A DNA stretch of 64,000 bases, taken from contig NC_086379.1 in NCBI RefSeq assembly GCF_036588685.1, positions 24,614,001 to 24,678,000 of the forward strand. The letters run 5' to 3'. This DNA is from Mytilus trossulus. Taxonomy: Eukaryota. The translations under genes were made by a program, and so were the position numbers. Below are positions 1 through 14,420 of the stretch, one piece after another (position 1 is the stretch's first letter; the number at the start of each line of letters is the position of its first letter). Below the pieces are notes generated by a model. That model was given only the letters and a program-made list of their open reading frames with translations. It searched no databases and was not told where the DNA came from.

Positions 1-858
1 TATCAAAGTGTTGATCCAACCACGAAAGGTATATTCAAATCTTATCAGTATGTTTTATTCCTGAATTTTTAGTGTAAATAGTGATTTCTGTCAATCTGAA
101 ATTTTTTCAGACATTAAAATTAGGAAGAAAGACATTAACAATCAAGGAGTAAACAAAGACTTAAAAAAACAAAGAACATTTACATCAACAGTTAAGAAGA
201 AAATGTTACGTTTATTTTGAACGGTTTTTAGAGCTATCAAAGTGTAGGACGGTTACAATTTAAAATTGTAGTTCTATTAGTATCACTTCGTGTACGTTAA
301 TCGGTTACTATAAGTATTATATCAAACTAAATAATAGATAAGTTGCGTTTGTAAAAAATCCTTTGACTATTATAAAACATGTTTGAGAAATCAAACACAT
401 TTAAGAATTGACATAATTTATTGAAAAGATTTGGCTTTCTTTTTTTAAACATGAATGTAGAAGTTAATTGATTTTTCATCTTACTTTAAGTTAACATTGA
501 CCTAACTCCAAGTTTTAATATTATTAACTTTATTCGAACCGCAATCGTCAAATGACAGGGAAAATGAATTATCCTATTCCCCCTGTATTTGTTTTCATAA
601 TAAGCTTGACATTTAATCAACATAGTAAAGTCGATGAAACCTAGTGGAATTTAAATATCATAGAGTTTGAATAAAAAAGTTTTATATTATCAACAACTTT
701 ACAACTGCATTTACTTGTAAAATTCTTTTTTGGAAACGAAATATCACATCCTTAATTATTCAGTTTATATCCTTGTATACAATTATGTTAGCGTTTATGA
801 ATTCAACATTGTTGTAAAATATCATTATTGTTGTATAGGTACTAACATTGCATTAGAA

Positions 859-1346
859 AAACAAGTGAAACTGTGAGCTACTGCTCACTGATGATACCCC
901 TGCCGCAAGTGGATAATATTAATAGTGTAAAAATATGCAAGTGTTCGGTAAACAGGAAGTTGTCGAGTGATGAATCTGAAAACGCATCACACGGTATAGC
1001 TGACTTATATAAATCCTGAAACCAAATTTCAGAAATCCTTGTATTGTAGTTCCTGAGAAAAATGTGACGAAAATTTTCAACTTGGCTATCATGTGTAAAA
1101 TCATACAAGTGTTCGGTAAACAGGAAGTTGTCAAGTGATCAATCTGAAAACGCATCACACGGTATAGCGGACTTAGATAAACCCTGAAACCAAATTTCAG
1201 AAATCCTTGTATTGTAGTTCCTGAGAAAAATGCGACGAAAGTTTCATGGGACGGACTGACTGACGGACGGACGGACGGTGCGACGGACGGTCGGACAGAC
1301 AGAGGTAAAATAGTATACCCCCCTTTTTTCAAAGCGGGGGTATAAT
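859..1346. mobile_element. Non-autonomous Helentron-associated (HINE / pearl-like) element with 168-bp core repeats
   Basis: Starts AACAAG. About 1.8 copies of a 168-bp core (CAAGTGTTCGG at 938 and 1106), then a GACG/GACA-type tetranucleotide microsatellite (~1249-1300) and a terminal hairpin TATACCCCCC...GGGGGTATA followed by an A-rich flank. This is the standard modular layout of bivalve HINE/pearl elements. ORFs 878-1108 and 919-1332 are artefacts of it. Confidence 0.8.
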
Positions 1347-4049
1347 AAAAATATCACTTAACGTATAATGCTATATTACATATGCACAGTTACTAGTCCT
1401 TATTATCCTACATTCAGTCGATTATTTATACTTTGGCCTGCACACATTCATGAGTTTTCTGACTTTTTATGATATCTTTACACCGAATCCGTTAGATGTG
1501 CACTGATTGTTACATTACTCTGGGTGAACATGATATATTTGAATGGTGTATTTGGCCACGAACTAGCTGTTGATACAACTTACTTGCATATTTTATAGGA
1601 ATAACGTGATGAGTGTGACATGTGGACCAGGTTTGCTTGACCGCCTTGTGATCACTCCCATATTTGGTAGGGCTCGTATTGACCATTTTTAGGTTTCATG
1701 TATTGTGTTTTATATACTATTGTATGTGTCTTTTTGTATTTTCGTTTTATGTCTGGCGTAATCAATGAGTTTTTGCCTTCTAGTATTCTTATTTGGGTGT
1801 GTTGTTTTCATATTTTCCATGTATTTTTATCGTCCTTTTTGCCGACTTATCAAGTGAAACCATTTGCCACTGATTTTGACAGTTTGTCCTTCTATGGTGC
1901 TGTCACACCATTGTCAATCATTCCTCATCTCCTTATATCATACCGATATGTATATATGATCCACGATGCCAGTAGATATGGTAAACCAATGATTTACAAG
2001 CTTACGAGTTTTTGTCACAAGTATACGACTTTCAATGCACAAAGAAAAAATATTCTAGTTTATAAGAATGTCGTAGGACGCTATGAGATCAATCTTATCA
2101 ATAAATGCGGCCATATTGCGTCCAATTAGGCTCTTGATAAATAAATGGTATTTGCAATCAAACTTTATGTCTTTTTTATATTTTGAAAGCTGATATGATA
2201 TGAACAAGGCAACCTCAGGGTGTGGGATTTTCCTGCTGCGTTGAAGACCAATTGTTGTCCTTCGTCTGTTATCTGTTCTTTGGTCCGGCTGTTGTCTCTT
2301 TGACATATTCCCCATTTCTATTCTCAATTTTGAGGAAAGTCGAATTCGGTGGTCAACTAACTCATACAGAATGTATTATATGGATGACGGTCATTACCTC
2401 AACTTATGTTATTGATTTGTTTATATATATATGATTAGTAGTCATAAACTACATAATATCAAATCTAAATTCAGTACTACAGTGCAATATGATCTATTTC
2501 ACAACAATAGTTCAATAACTTGTAATATAATATTAATGTTAACATTAAATATTGTAAATGTTTGATGATAATAATTTGTGATGTATTAAAACGACTTAAA
2601 ACACCTGGAAGACCAACTCATTTACTAGTATCAAGTTCAGGAGCATTGCTCTCAAAAAAGAAAAACAAATCTGACCGAGGGCATTTCTGCCTTCTATTTA
2701 ACAATATTTAAGAAACATTAGGTTAATAGATAAAAATGGAAAAAACATTAATACAATATAAGAATATACCATAGGACACTAAAAAATAATAATTTTATGA
2801 TAGTCAGATGGTTTAAATATATTTTACAGAACATAATATACAGATCAACTTTCGTGCAAAGGTCCCTTTTTATTTGAAACATCATTAACAGTTATTTGTC
2901 ATGTAAAGTTCAACGCAAAGAAAAAAAAAGGTTTCGAGAAAGTACACTGTCAGTTGTTCGGTGAAAAAGGAATCACATGCCAGGACCACGACAGATCATA
3001 CTTATCCAAAAATCTTCTTGGTTCCAGTCTTTACTATTGGATTATTAGGGAAAAAAACATATAAAAATCCTTACTAGTCGCAGCTTATAACAGAACAAAC
3101 AACTCAATGTGCATGAACATTGTGTAACTTAAGCATGTCACAACTTCAAACTTGTCAAATATTTGCTACACTTTGGCCTTTAAATTATACAAACATTGTG
3201 TGGTTGATCTATACAATTAGAATGATATAATGTAATGTTTTCTCTGATGTTTCACACTTTAATTCAATGCAGATGCAAAATAATCGATTTTAAGGTTTTT
3301 TTTAAAAGGAAAAGTAGAAATATCACAAAACTTAAGTATGTCATTTGACGTTGAAAGGGAGGGATTGTTTTAGTTTGACGCCTTCTTATTGATCTCGCTT
3401 AAAAAAAATGATTACATACTATTTGGACCGTTATTCATATACACGACTGATACCACATCTGGAGCAGGACCTACATATCTTTTTGAATCACATAAGATCT
3501 CCCACAGTTTTAAGTTGGTCTCGTGTTTTTCTAAACCAACAGTGGCCAAAACTTTTACTGACACAATAAATTGATATACAACAAAGTTATTTAAGTGAGT
3601 GAAATGTTACAAATGTTTGCTTTAAGATTCGAGACAAGGAAGTCAATATAAGAAACTATATTAATTATTTTTCAACATCACACGTATAACAAGTATAAGA
3701 CGAATTTTACTGCCTTCCTCGTTATAAACTTCTTTTTAGATTTATGTTGTGTGTACAAGTGCTTAATTTTCAAAGATAAATCAATCATGAAAATTTAGAA
3801 TCTATAGTCTTTCAGGAAATACATTGATTCAATCTTAATTGAACATGAATTTGCTTCAAATGTATGCAACTATTTATCTGCAAGAGTATGATTGTCATCT
3901 AATATCATCCTATTTTTCATTGAAAAAATTAGATATTGCAATTCAGAATTAGTTAAGGGAAAAGTCATATTCAGAGCATAACATTTTATTATCACCAGAC
4001 AACATAGTTTATATTTAAGGGATACAATTCCTAATGATATAGATATGAT

Positions 4050-4360
4050 TAGTTATGAAAGGCACCAGGGTTAAATCTAAATACGCCAGACGCGCGTTTT
4101 GTCGATTCAAGACTCATCAGTGACGTTCAGATAAAAAAAAGTTATAAAGTCAAAAAGTTCAAAGTTGAAGAGCATTGAGGACCCTAAATCCCAAAAAGTT
4201 GTGCCAATTCCGGCTAAGGTAATCTATGCCTGGGTTAAGAAAATCGTTAGTTTTTTTCAAAAAAAATTGAAGTTTTATAAACAGAAAAATTATAAAAATT
4301 ACCATATAATTGATATTCATGTCAACACCATAGTACTGACAACTGGGCTAGTGATAACTT
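4050..4360 (-). mobile_element. Hammerhead retrozyme copy, core mutated
   Basis: Homologous to 50975-51358. Minus strand 4083-4126 reads CUGAUGA-GUC..GAC-AAAA-CGCGCG-UC, so the conserved GAAA has become AAAA. Confidence 0.75.
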
Positions 4361-6779
4361 ATCAATAATTTTAAGAATTGGTCACAACAGATTTTTCAGT
4401 TTGCAATGAAAAGTTTCAATATTTTCGTCATTAACATATTTATGTTTCATGCTCTCAAAAACATTTTGCCTGTATTGCTCTTCTTCGTCATCATCATCAC
4501 CATCATCATCATCATCTCAAATAATTGTTTCTACTTTCATATTAGATATACCTGATTGTACAACCAAACGTCCGAGAACCTGCGTATACTTTAGCTCATA
4601 TACAATCAAAGGTATGTTGACTTATAACAGTACGAGACAGTAATATAGAACTGTAAATAATTGGTTGTATTCGAGAGAAAAAAAACTACCAAATCTCACC
4701 GAAAATTACTACGTAAGGCAGTCGTATTAATAGGGTTGAAATGTAGAATGTACGTTCTATTTTGTATTTGATATTGAAGCAATTATTAATTGATGTATGT
4801 TTACCATCGTGTTGGCAATGTTTATTTTAAGACAATTAAAACAAGGTGATTCTCTATTTTCACTTGAAGAACTATAGGGAATAGTAAAATATTATGAACT
4901 TTTACGAAATTAATTCACCTTTAATGTTGTTATCATTGATTCAATTATGTTAGTGCATTTGCACTATTTCAAACTTTAGAAATATGACAGACATCTCATA
5001 AAAGCAAATATGGAGGGAGTATTCTTTCAAAGTAACCTAGTATTCGGTCTTCTGCATTGTGTTTTGTTAACAGTTGTATATCTTTTAGTCTTTTTGTATT
5101 TTTCGGACTAATGAGTTCCTGTGGTATCTTCTGAATCTCTTTCAGAACTACAATAAAACCCTTTATAATATTAAATGTTTTTTGTTGCAAAACAATGACC
5201 TTTTTTATCTAATGAAATAGTTCATAGCACTACAATGAAACCTTTAATTAAATGAAACGGCACAACGTTTTGGAATTTTGGATCCTCAATTCTCTTCAAC
5301 TTCGTACTGGAATAGATTAAAAATAGCTTGAAAACATTTGATTAATAATGCTGTAAGTAAAGCAAGTTGAGTCGTGGAGAAAAAACAGGTATTGCAATGA
5401 GTGCAAACCTTAATAGAATCACAAGCTTCTATCACTTAAAAAAAAGTTTTATAGTAAGACAACAATAAACACTTCATTAACATTGTACAAATATTGACAT
5501 ACGTAAAAAATAAAGTAAGTATGTTATAATTTCTCGTAAATAAAAGTACACAAATGTGTATGACATATCTTGTCGATTAACCCTTGTATGTCATACAAAT
5601 ATTTTGAGGATCTTAATTTAACCCTATACATTAAATGTTATTTATTCTTACATAGAAGCCCTTCATTGTGAATATATTTATAGCTAGTGACGTTATACTT
5701 CTATCGTATAATCTGAAATACAAATTATTCCCCGAGGAGTATAATATCTATTTCAAGTTCATGCAATTTAACATCAATTTTAGAACAAAAAAGACCCGAC
5801 TTCAGTGTAATAACCTTAAAATATCTTATACCTTTACTGGTAATCTAAAATCAGTCAGAATATAGAATTACTGTATAATTATGTAGTAATACAAATACTT
5901 GATAACTCAAGAGTAGAGTATAAGGTATCTCCTCACAGAATAGTTTGAACATATTAATCAACTATTGAAATAAATTTCATCAAAGTATCGGGTTTAGGAA
6001 TTGAAACGACATTCGCACGTATAGTGCAAATAATGATCAAAGACGTCTTGCTGAAAATGTATATATATCTAGGATTGTAAAATAATATATGTCTCTATGT
6101 TGCATTGATTACAATGTCATGTGTACATATTAATGTAAAGATAAATTCAAAGTCACAAAAGAATATTCTTAAAATTTCCCAAATCTATTCTGCAATTTAT
6201 GAAGTCGGAGAACTCTATATCTATATTTCAATAAGTAATATCTTCATATAACAAATCATAATAGTATCAACATGCGAAGGTCGCTGTCTTCAACTTGACA
6301 CTCCTGACCATGTTACATGATAGACAACTTTCTGTGCACGAACTTTACACATCTTCACCTTTACGCCACTTTAAATCAAATCAATAAATTTACTTTTCTA
6401 AATAATCATCAAACTTTGGTCTTTTAACTGAGCAAATAGTTTATGGGTTTACTATACATTAAATACGGAATGTTAAAAAAATATGCATTCTATACAATTA
6501 AACAAAGTTTATTCAAATATTTTAAATAGTCAAGGAATCTATGATGAATTTCACAACATTGACATATGTCATGAAATCGATCGAAGAAAGGAAAGTTATT
6601 GTGATACGCTTTTTAACTGATCTTGGCCTAATTTATATATGAATACATCACCCACAGTCATAGCTCATTTTTAGAGATTGTAAAGTGATACTTACATATA
6701 CATAGTCCTTTACAGTGGTTTATTGTGTCAGCTGTCGGAAATACTTTGCACTGTTTAGTAAAATCGTTTATTCTATTTT

Positions 6780-7045
6780 TAATCATCAATAATGTGGTCA
6801 TTTTTATGAATTTCCTGTTTACAAAACTTTGAAATTTTCGAAAAACTAAGGATTTTCCTATCCCATAAATAGATTCAAAAGCCGAATTTTGCACACAACT
6901 TTTTGAATTGTTGATCCTCAATGGTCTTCAACTTTGTACTTGTTTGGCTTTATAAATATTTTGATCTGAGCGTCACTAATGAGTCTTATGTAGACGAAAC
7001 GCGTATGTCGTACTAAATCAAAATCCTGGTACCTTTGATAATTAT
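6780..7045 (+). mobile_element. Hammerhead retrozyme copy, degenerate
   Basis: Same family as 50975-51358. Core reads CUAAUGA instead of CUGAUGA, and the cleavage-site region is eroded (6970-7010). Confidence 0.7.
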
Positions 7046-7924
7046 TAACATGGTTGAGCGTTTGCTTTTTCTTAACGTATATTTTCCGATATTTAAAAGC
7101 GTTCTTTAAATGTCAGCAACAGTGGTAGGTTGCCATAAATGACACGCATATTTTCCTGTTACAAATTTCAGATAATAACTTAGGTATTATGGGATACACA
7201 TACTCGGGGATCACAGTTGATTTACTTTAGTCGAAATAAATGCCACTGAGACACTTATAATGTTCAGTTGTTTAGAAGATACTAGTATGAAAAATTTTAT
7301 AATATTTTCATTCACTTTCAAATTTATTTGTTTAAGTTGTAAGATTTGGTGTTTCAAAGTACCAAAACTAACTAGTCTGACTCTATTGTTGTAGTACACA
7401 TGCAAGAGGTCAATAGCCGCAAATTTTGAAATTCTCATACTCCTTTTGTACAATTTTTAACCCTTTTCGATTCCTTGTTTGATTATTGAACAAACAATAC
7501 TTATTACATAAACCATATTTTCATATCCATGTGATGAAATTGCATGCACATGTATTATATCTGCTTCTTGAGCAAAGACTAGTAATAATTTCTGTTAAGT
7601 TTGAATTGTTAAAAATAATCAGTATAAATAATCTGTTAAAAATGTACGACTCAGCGTGTCAGTCGTTGTCAAATTAATGAACGGAAGTTAAAATTGAGAA
7701 TGGAAATGGGAAATGTGTCAAAGAGACAACAACCCGACCAAAGAAAAAACACAACAGCAGAAAGTCACCAACAGGTCTTCAATGTAGCGAGAAATTCCCG
7801 CACCCGGAGGCGTCCTTCAGTTGGCCCCTAAACAAATTTATACTAGTTCAGTGATATTGAACGCCCTAATAATTTCCAAATTGTACAAAAGAAACCAAAA
7901 TCAAAATAATACAAGACCAAAAAA

Positions 7925-8015
7925 GGCCAGGGGCTCCTGACTTGGGACAGGCGCAAAAATGCGGCGGGGTTAAACATGTTTGTGAGATCTCAACCCTCCC
8001 CCTATGACTCTAGCC
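7925..8015 (-). ncRNA. Putative type P5 twister ribozyme (family 1)
   Basis: Minus strand: P5 - GGGG GAGGG - UUGAGAUCUCACAAACAUGUU - UAA CCCC GCC - GCAUUUUUGC - G CCUG UCCCAAGU CAGG A - P5'. P2, P3, P4 and both pseudoknots can form. Predicted cut U/A between 7972 and 7971. Confidence 0.7.
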
Positions 8016-8589
8016 AATGTAGAAAAGTAAACGCATAACAATACGCAAAAAAAAAATTCAGTCCAAGAGAAGTCTGAGTCTGATGTCAGAAGATGTAACC
8101 AAAGAAAATAAACAAAATGACAATAATACATAATTAACAACAGACTACTAGCAGTTAATTGACATGCCAGCTCCAGACTTCAATAAAACTGATTGAAAGA
8201 TTATGATTTCATCATATGAACATCAGGCACAATCCTTCCTGTTAGGGGTTTAGTATCATACCATCATAACATGAGAAGAACATATACCGTGTCATGCCAA
8301 CAACTGGTTTTTTTTTAATAAAGGTGTTTAGTTCCGATGCAAAGACCCTAAAAGTGAATCAATATTAACGCCAAAATATGCAATCTTTAATGACCTGACA
8401 ACAGTATCGCAACTATATCCCTTCTTAATAAGTCTATTCAAAAGTTTTGTTAGTTTCTGAAGTATACTGACACCTTTGTGCTTTATAAAGAATATTTCCA
8501 TAAAACATTGAATGTGAAATACCTGAACGTATAAGAAGTCTACAAGCTGAGCTATATTTACGAATGATGTCCTTATACCGATGATAAAA

Positions 8590-9042
8590 TTAAGTAAATA
8601 TTTTGACTAGTTTGTGATATCGAAAACCCTGGTGTAATAATTTTTCAGTAATACATAAATTTCTCTCGTTAAAATCTAAATCATTGTTACATACACGAGC
8701 GAATCGTACAAGTTGAGATACATAAACACCGTTAGATGGTGACAAGGGAACGTCACCATCTAAAAATGGATAATTAACGATAGGAAATGAAAAATCATCT
8801 CTTTTATCATAAATTTTAGTATTCAGCTTTCCGTTAGTGATATAGATATCAAGATCGAGAAAAGGGCAGTGGGCATTGTTAGTATTAGCTTTATTTAAAG
8901 TAAGTTCAACAGGATAAATTTCTTTGATATACATACTGAAGTCGTCATTATTGAGAGCCAAAATATCATCCAAATATCTAAAAGTATTATTAAATTTGTT
9001 TATGAGATGTTGTTTCGATGGGTCTTTGCTTATTTTTGTCAT
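8590..9042 (-). pseudogene. Penelope-like reverse transcriptase fragment
   Basis: YLDD catalytic motif plus downstream conserved blocks; N-terminally truncated. Confidence 0.85.
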
Positions 9043-10221
9043 AAATTGTAACTCTGTTTTACGTATAGAAGATTTCTGACGTTTAGAATTATGCCTACTT
9101 TGTACTGTTAACTACTTATCACTCCATTTTAATATTTCAACAACAAAAACAAACAACAAATAATTTATATATAATAATCCTGAATACGCATGTTAATGTA
9201 TTATAGGCTTATACACTTTAAACAGATATCAAGCAACACATTTGCCATCAACCAATCTGAATTAAGTTCCAGGCCGTTTGTCAATTTATGCATGATATAA
9301 GTCCCGATAAAAAAGAGACTCCGAACATCCGGTCTAATTTTTCGTCAACAAATGATGACCAACGAAATGTGTAATTAGTTTCGAATTGTTACAATGGTAT
9401 TGTTAGAAGGGTTTGCTGGAGTAACATAAGAATAAAAATTATAAAAAAACCAATGAGAATATCCGATAAAACCAAAGCACAAAGTAAACAAATAAAGCTA
9501 ACACCACGGCCTTTAACAATGTACAAACTAATTCAGTAGTTGTCGTGTGTTTATGTGTTACCTTTTTGTTACTTTTTGTTTTTCATTCTTTTATGTACAT
9601 AAATAAGGCCGTTAGTTTTCTCGTTTTTATGGGTTCACCATATCATTTTGGGGCCTTTTATAGCTGACTATGCAGTATGGGCTTTGCTCATTGTTGAAGG
9701 TCGTACGTTGACCTGTAATCGTTTATTTCTGTGTCATTTTTGTATCTTGTGGAGAGTTGTCTTATTTGCAATCATACCAAATCATCTTGTTTTAATAATA
9801 CTTGTACTATTTAGTAGGTCATACACAGATTCAGTAAAACAAACTACAAATAACTCTACAGAAAGAAAACCTAAATGTGCGGATTTGATAACACAGGATA
9901 CAAAGTTTACACAACTAAATATTTTTTATAAACCTCTTTAAATCATATCAATGAATCACTTAAATGTGGCCTCTCTTTTGTGAGCAAACCTTTTAAGGGG
10001 GTCCGCGGGTCTAAATATTTGTTTTATTTGATATATTTTTCTATAAATAACCTTTATTTCATACTAAATGGAAAAATAAAATAAAAAAATTGGGTCACCG
10101 TTCATTTACGCTCACAATCTGACTTCGAAAGAAGCATGCATTTTTGTAAATTTACCATTGTTCTATTGGACTTATAGGAGAAATAGAAGTAATATCGGGG
10201 GGAAAAAAGAGTTTATTACAG

Positions 10222-10775
10222 AAAAAAGTAAAATCACAAAAATACTGAACTCAGAGGAAAATCAATTTGGAAAGTCCATAATCACATGGCAAAATCAAAA
10301 AACAAAACGCATCAAAAACGAATGGACAAGAACTGTCATATTCCTGACTTGGTACAGGCATTTTCAAATGTAGAAAATGGTGGATTAAACCTGGTTCTAT
10401 AGCGCTAACCCTCTCACTTTACTAACAGTCTCATCAAATTCCGTTACATTTACATGATGCGTTAAATAAACAGTCACAATCAATAAAATAGTCAAAATAT
10501 GGGAACATCAGTCATCATCGTATAACAATTTAACAGGACACAACAACATCTACTATCTACGAACACATGGATTGATTTGAGTGTCTGACGTCAGAAAAAT
10601 TATATACGTCACATAAATTTGTCGTTCAATGTGCATATAATAGTTATCAAAAGTACCTGGATTATAAACAATTTTAAATTTTACATAGGCAATGAGCGCA
10701 GACAGGGTTAAAAAATCAAAAGTATGTAAGAATAAATTACAGAAATCGAACTAGTCCAAAAGTTATACATAGAAA
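10222..10775 (-). mobile_element. Non-coding 3'-end copy of the Penelope-like element at 47283-49195
   Basis: Closely similar to 47283-47825; carries the twister-like motif at 10332-10429. Confidence 0.8.
10332..10429 (-). ncRNA. Putative type P5 twister ribozyme variant (family 4)
   Basis: Minus strand: GUGA GAGGG UUAGCGCUAUAGAACCAGGUU UAA UCC ACC AUUUUC..GAAAAU G CCUG UACCAAGU CAGG A, closed by ACUGU/ACAGU. P2 is short or irregular in this family. Confidence 0.55.
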
Positions 10776-12625
10776 TGGCTCAACTTTTACTATAGTTAAG
10801 TTTTTGTACAGCTTATTTGAAAATTATAATAAAAAGTATAGGTCACCAATGAATAAAAAAGGATATTTCAATTCAAATCATCAAGGCATTTGTTCTCTTT
10901 TTTCGATCATTTGATTTTGATGAAATTTAAAGATATTATATTGAAAATTTTACATTAACAGCATATAAGATGTTATTTGAATCAGTTACATGTTTTTTGT
11001 ATACACTTTATGTATCTGTAGAACGTTTTCAAATAACCGTACATCAATATACACTTTTTAAAAACATTATAATGAAATTCATTAGATGAAACTACAAGTA
11101 TAAGGTTGGTTTTTTTTTTTTAGATTTTCTAACATTATAAAAATAAACCGTGCAATGTACCTTTTGCTATACGCCTTTTTATTTCCCTCTTCAAGATATA
11201 ATTCAAAATGAGACTATCACTGAACTAATCTAATTATTTAAAATATACGAAATAATGATATTAGGATGTGTCCTTTAATAATTGAATTTCGAACCATGTT
11301 GCTCTGTATACCAATACTATGACCACTCGCTACAATGTATTATAAAAAGGGACGAAAGATACCATAGGGACAGTCAAACTCATAAATCGTAAATAAACTG
11401 ACAACGCCATGGCTAGAAATGAAAAAGACAAACATACAAACAATAGTACAAATATTACAAATGAAACAACATTTAAACGATTTTAAAAGTTTTACTGGTT
11501 GAAAGAAGTCAGATTTAATGTTTTATGAAAAAATGTTAATATGATAGTGTCTATGTTTGTTTGCTGTTATTCAACATAAAGAGTTAATCCTACTTACTTT
11601 TCGAATAACAATATACTTGTATGAAGAAATAGTTATTAACCGACATGATTAAATAACTATTGTCATTTTATATATTTGACTGGAAAAAAATATATCAAAT
11701 CGTAAAAAAAATCCATACACGAAATCGTCAAAAGACAAATTGTGTGATGCAACATTACAAATATTCATTCTTTGTTCCATATACACTTATGGAAATTTGA
11801 AACTCATTTTCCCCTTCATAACTTTTCAGAACTTATCAATTGATATCTTGTTTGATTGAATCTGTATGTAGGCCTTAAGGAATTGCATTCATTAAATTTA
11901 TGTTGATCATACATGTGTTTAATATCGTCTCAAATGGATTTTTTTGTTAAAACATGTAATGACTGTATAAATTATGTTTTACATTAAAATAAGGAAATCA
12001 TTATATTTAGAATGTAAAAAAAATTAAATACTTCAGAATTTAAATAATGAGATAGTTTTACCAACAAGAGAACCATTATACAAATTATGATTCCAAAGAA
12101 AAGATATTTCCGTTGAGATAATTACAAGTATAGTCTCGAGAATCATTGTTTGGTTTGTTTCAAAATCCAAATTTTTTTTTTTATTTTCAGTGAAAATTTT
12201 AAAACTTGACGTATCAACTTTGATGATAATGAAAATATCAAACAATTAATTTTGACCATTCGAAGTGCATATCTAAAATCTAAAATTAATGCTTTTTGAC
12301 TTATAAAATCCATTTACTGTTATCCGGAACCCTTTAAATGGATCATGATATGCTTACCCTTCCGGAGCTCTTGAGATCACCCCTAGTTTTGGAGGGGTTC
12401 GTGTTTCTTATTCTTTAGTTTTCTATGTTGTGTCATGAATACTATTGTTTGTCTTTTTTTATTTTTAGCCATGGCGTTTTCAGTTTATTTTCGATTTATG
12501 AGTTTGATTATCACCTTGGTATCTTTCGTCTCTCTTTTAAATCCTTTTGTAAAAGCCGTAAATCATTTATATCACCAAGATGTATTCTAAATGGGGAATA
12601 TTAAGTAAAATAGAGAGTTTATATA

Positions 12626-13038
12626 TGTTGTGTACAAGTTGTAATGTTGTACAGATTAAAATGCAAGAACCCAGTCTTTTGTTTCGCATATGTCTGTGAA
12701 ATTTTCACAACAACACGATTCAGTCTGATACTGAGCATTTATACAAAAACATTATAAGACCACGAAAACACTTTTTATGGAAATGAATATGATATAAGGA
12801 GAAAAATAAAATTACAATTTAAACCATTCAGGTATCCTGGTTTCACGTTTGAGGATAAAGAGAATGGTACTAAATGATAGATTGTATATAAAGTTGAATT
12901 TTAAACATTAAACTGACACATTTTTGAAGATAACCCTGTATCACCTAGTGCAAGAAGGTATGTGACAAAAAACTTATAACTTGTACAAAAACCCTGTACA
13001 AGTTATAATTTGTACAAACTTACATCTTGTACACAACA
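12626..13038. mobile_element. MITE-like element with ~33-bp terminal inverted repeats in TA-repeat flanks
   Basis: TGTTGTGTACAAGTTGTAATGTTGTACAGATTA at the left end matches the reverse complement of the right end (TGTTGTGTACAAGATGTAAGTTTGTACAAATTA). Both sides are flanked by (TA)n. Internal perfect 14-bp hairpin TTATAACTTGTACA/TGTACAAGTTATAA at ~12974-13008. Confidence 0.7.
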
Positions 13039-14127
13039 TATATATATACAAAAGGACAGTGACTCAGTCACAAAAGAGTCACATCAAAGTCTTAATTTTT
13101 CATGCAACGTTCATGACGGAAATTATTTCACGTTAAACGTGAAATGAAATCTTTTTCAAGTTTATTCCATGCACCCCTCTTTACAACTCTCATCAATGAT
13201 AAACAAGTTCTATTCACATCATTGTCAATATAAAGGAATTTGATGAAACTGTTGTGAAGTGTTTAGCTATAGAGCTAGGTTTAATCCACTATTTCCTACA
13301 TAAGCAAATGCCTGTACCAAGTCAGGAATATGACAGTTGTTATCCATTTTTTTTTAGCTTTTGATTTTTTCTGTTTTTCATCAGAGTTCAGTATTTTGGT
13401 GATTTTTCTTTTCACTCAAAGTATAATCTTCGTTTTTTCCAAAATCGATATTTATCTTAGACCGTTAATTCAATTCGAATTTCATTTTGTTTCAAAAGGT
13501 GGATGCATAAGTAAGTGTCGTGACAGATCGTCCTAGTCTTATGCTTAACTGAACCCCAGTTTTCAGCACACTACTGTTAGTATTAGCACACTAGTCTTAA
13601 CGTCATAAAGTGTCAAATACAATTACGTGCTCAAATGCAGAATTCTATCAATCAAAATACTATATTGTTATGTTTCCTGCCGAAGTTTATACTGTGTGTA
13701 CTGAGTGAAGATTAACAGTGAGTTTATAAAATAAAATACCAATTTGAAGCAATACTACTTCAAATTAAATCAAGAGTCACTTTCAAATATTTTCCATACA
13801 ATGGTATTTTACCTGTTCAAACATTTTAAGAGTTTGTTATTCTTTTAACGGGTCACTTTGTAGGATGTTTTTACTTATACATTAATTCAGTTCAGTTGCA
13901 CTAATAACAATGAAAATGTTTAAATATTGTAACCAACAATAAGATATATATTTACATCGTTGACAGAGTGGTTAGTTTCATTTGAAACTAACTAGCTGAT
14001 CTTAACTCTCTTTTGAAATGAATATATATACAATACACCAGCATTGATTGTTTGTGTTGGTGGTAGTGTATCACTCCATTTCCGTTATACCAAAATTATG
14101 TATTTCTATCATTCAGTATATCCTAAA

Positions 14128-14420
14128 TAGTTATCAAAAACTACTAGTATTATAATTAAGTACGCCAGACGCGTGTTTCATCTACATAAGACTCATCAGT
14201 GACGCTCATATCAAAATAGTTTTAAAGCCAAACAAGTACAAAGTTAAAGAGCATTGAGGATCCAAAATTCCAAAAAAGTTGTGCCAAATACGGCTAAGGT
14301 AATCTATGCCTGGGACAAGGACATCCTTACTCTTTCGAAAAATTCAAAGATTTGTATCAGGAAATTTATACAAATGACCATATAATTGATATTCATGTCA
14401 ACACCTGTGCTGACTACTAA
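14128..14420 (-). mobile_element. Hammerhead retrozyme copy, catalytic core intact
   Basis: Minus strand 14162-14205: GCGUCA CUGAUGA GUC UUAUGUA GAU GAAA CACGCG UC UGGCGU. Core is intact, with one G-U in stem II and a non-palindromic stem III loop. Confidence 0.75.

Larger units (their letters stand above)
7690..9054 (-). mobile_element. 5'-truncated Penelope-like retroelement (RT C-terminal half plus 3' UTR)
   Basis: ORF 8590-9042 has FRYLDD, FLDLDI, YDKRDDFSFPIVNYPFL and GVYVSQLVRFARVC, typical of Penelope-like RT and thumb. Coding similarity continues past a premature stop. The 3' UTR is a dispersed repeat also seen at 42810-43016 and 60095-60465. Confidence 0.85.

Noticed and set aside
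2960-3180. Possible C-type lectin relic on the minus strand (KCSKY...DFWI)
   Set aside because: Four in-frame stops in about 60 codons and no WND or terminal Cys motif; could be chance.
9993-12337. TTAAGGGGGTCCG...CCGGAACCCTTTAA as one Kolobok-type MITE
   Set aside because: The inverted match is weak and the two ends look like fragments of different repeats.
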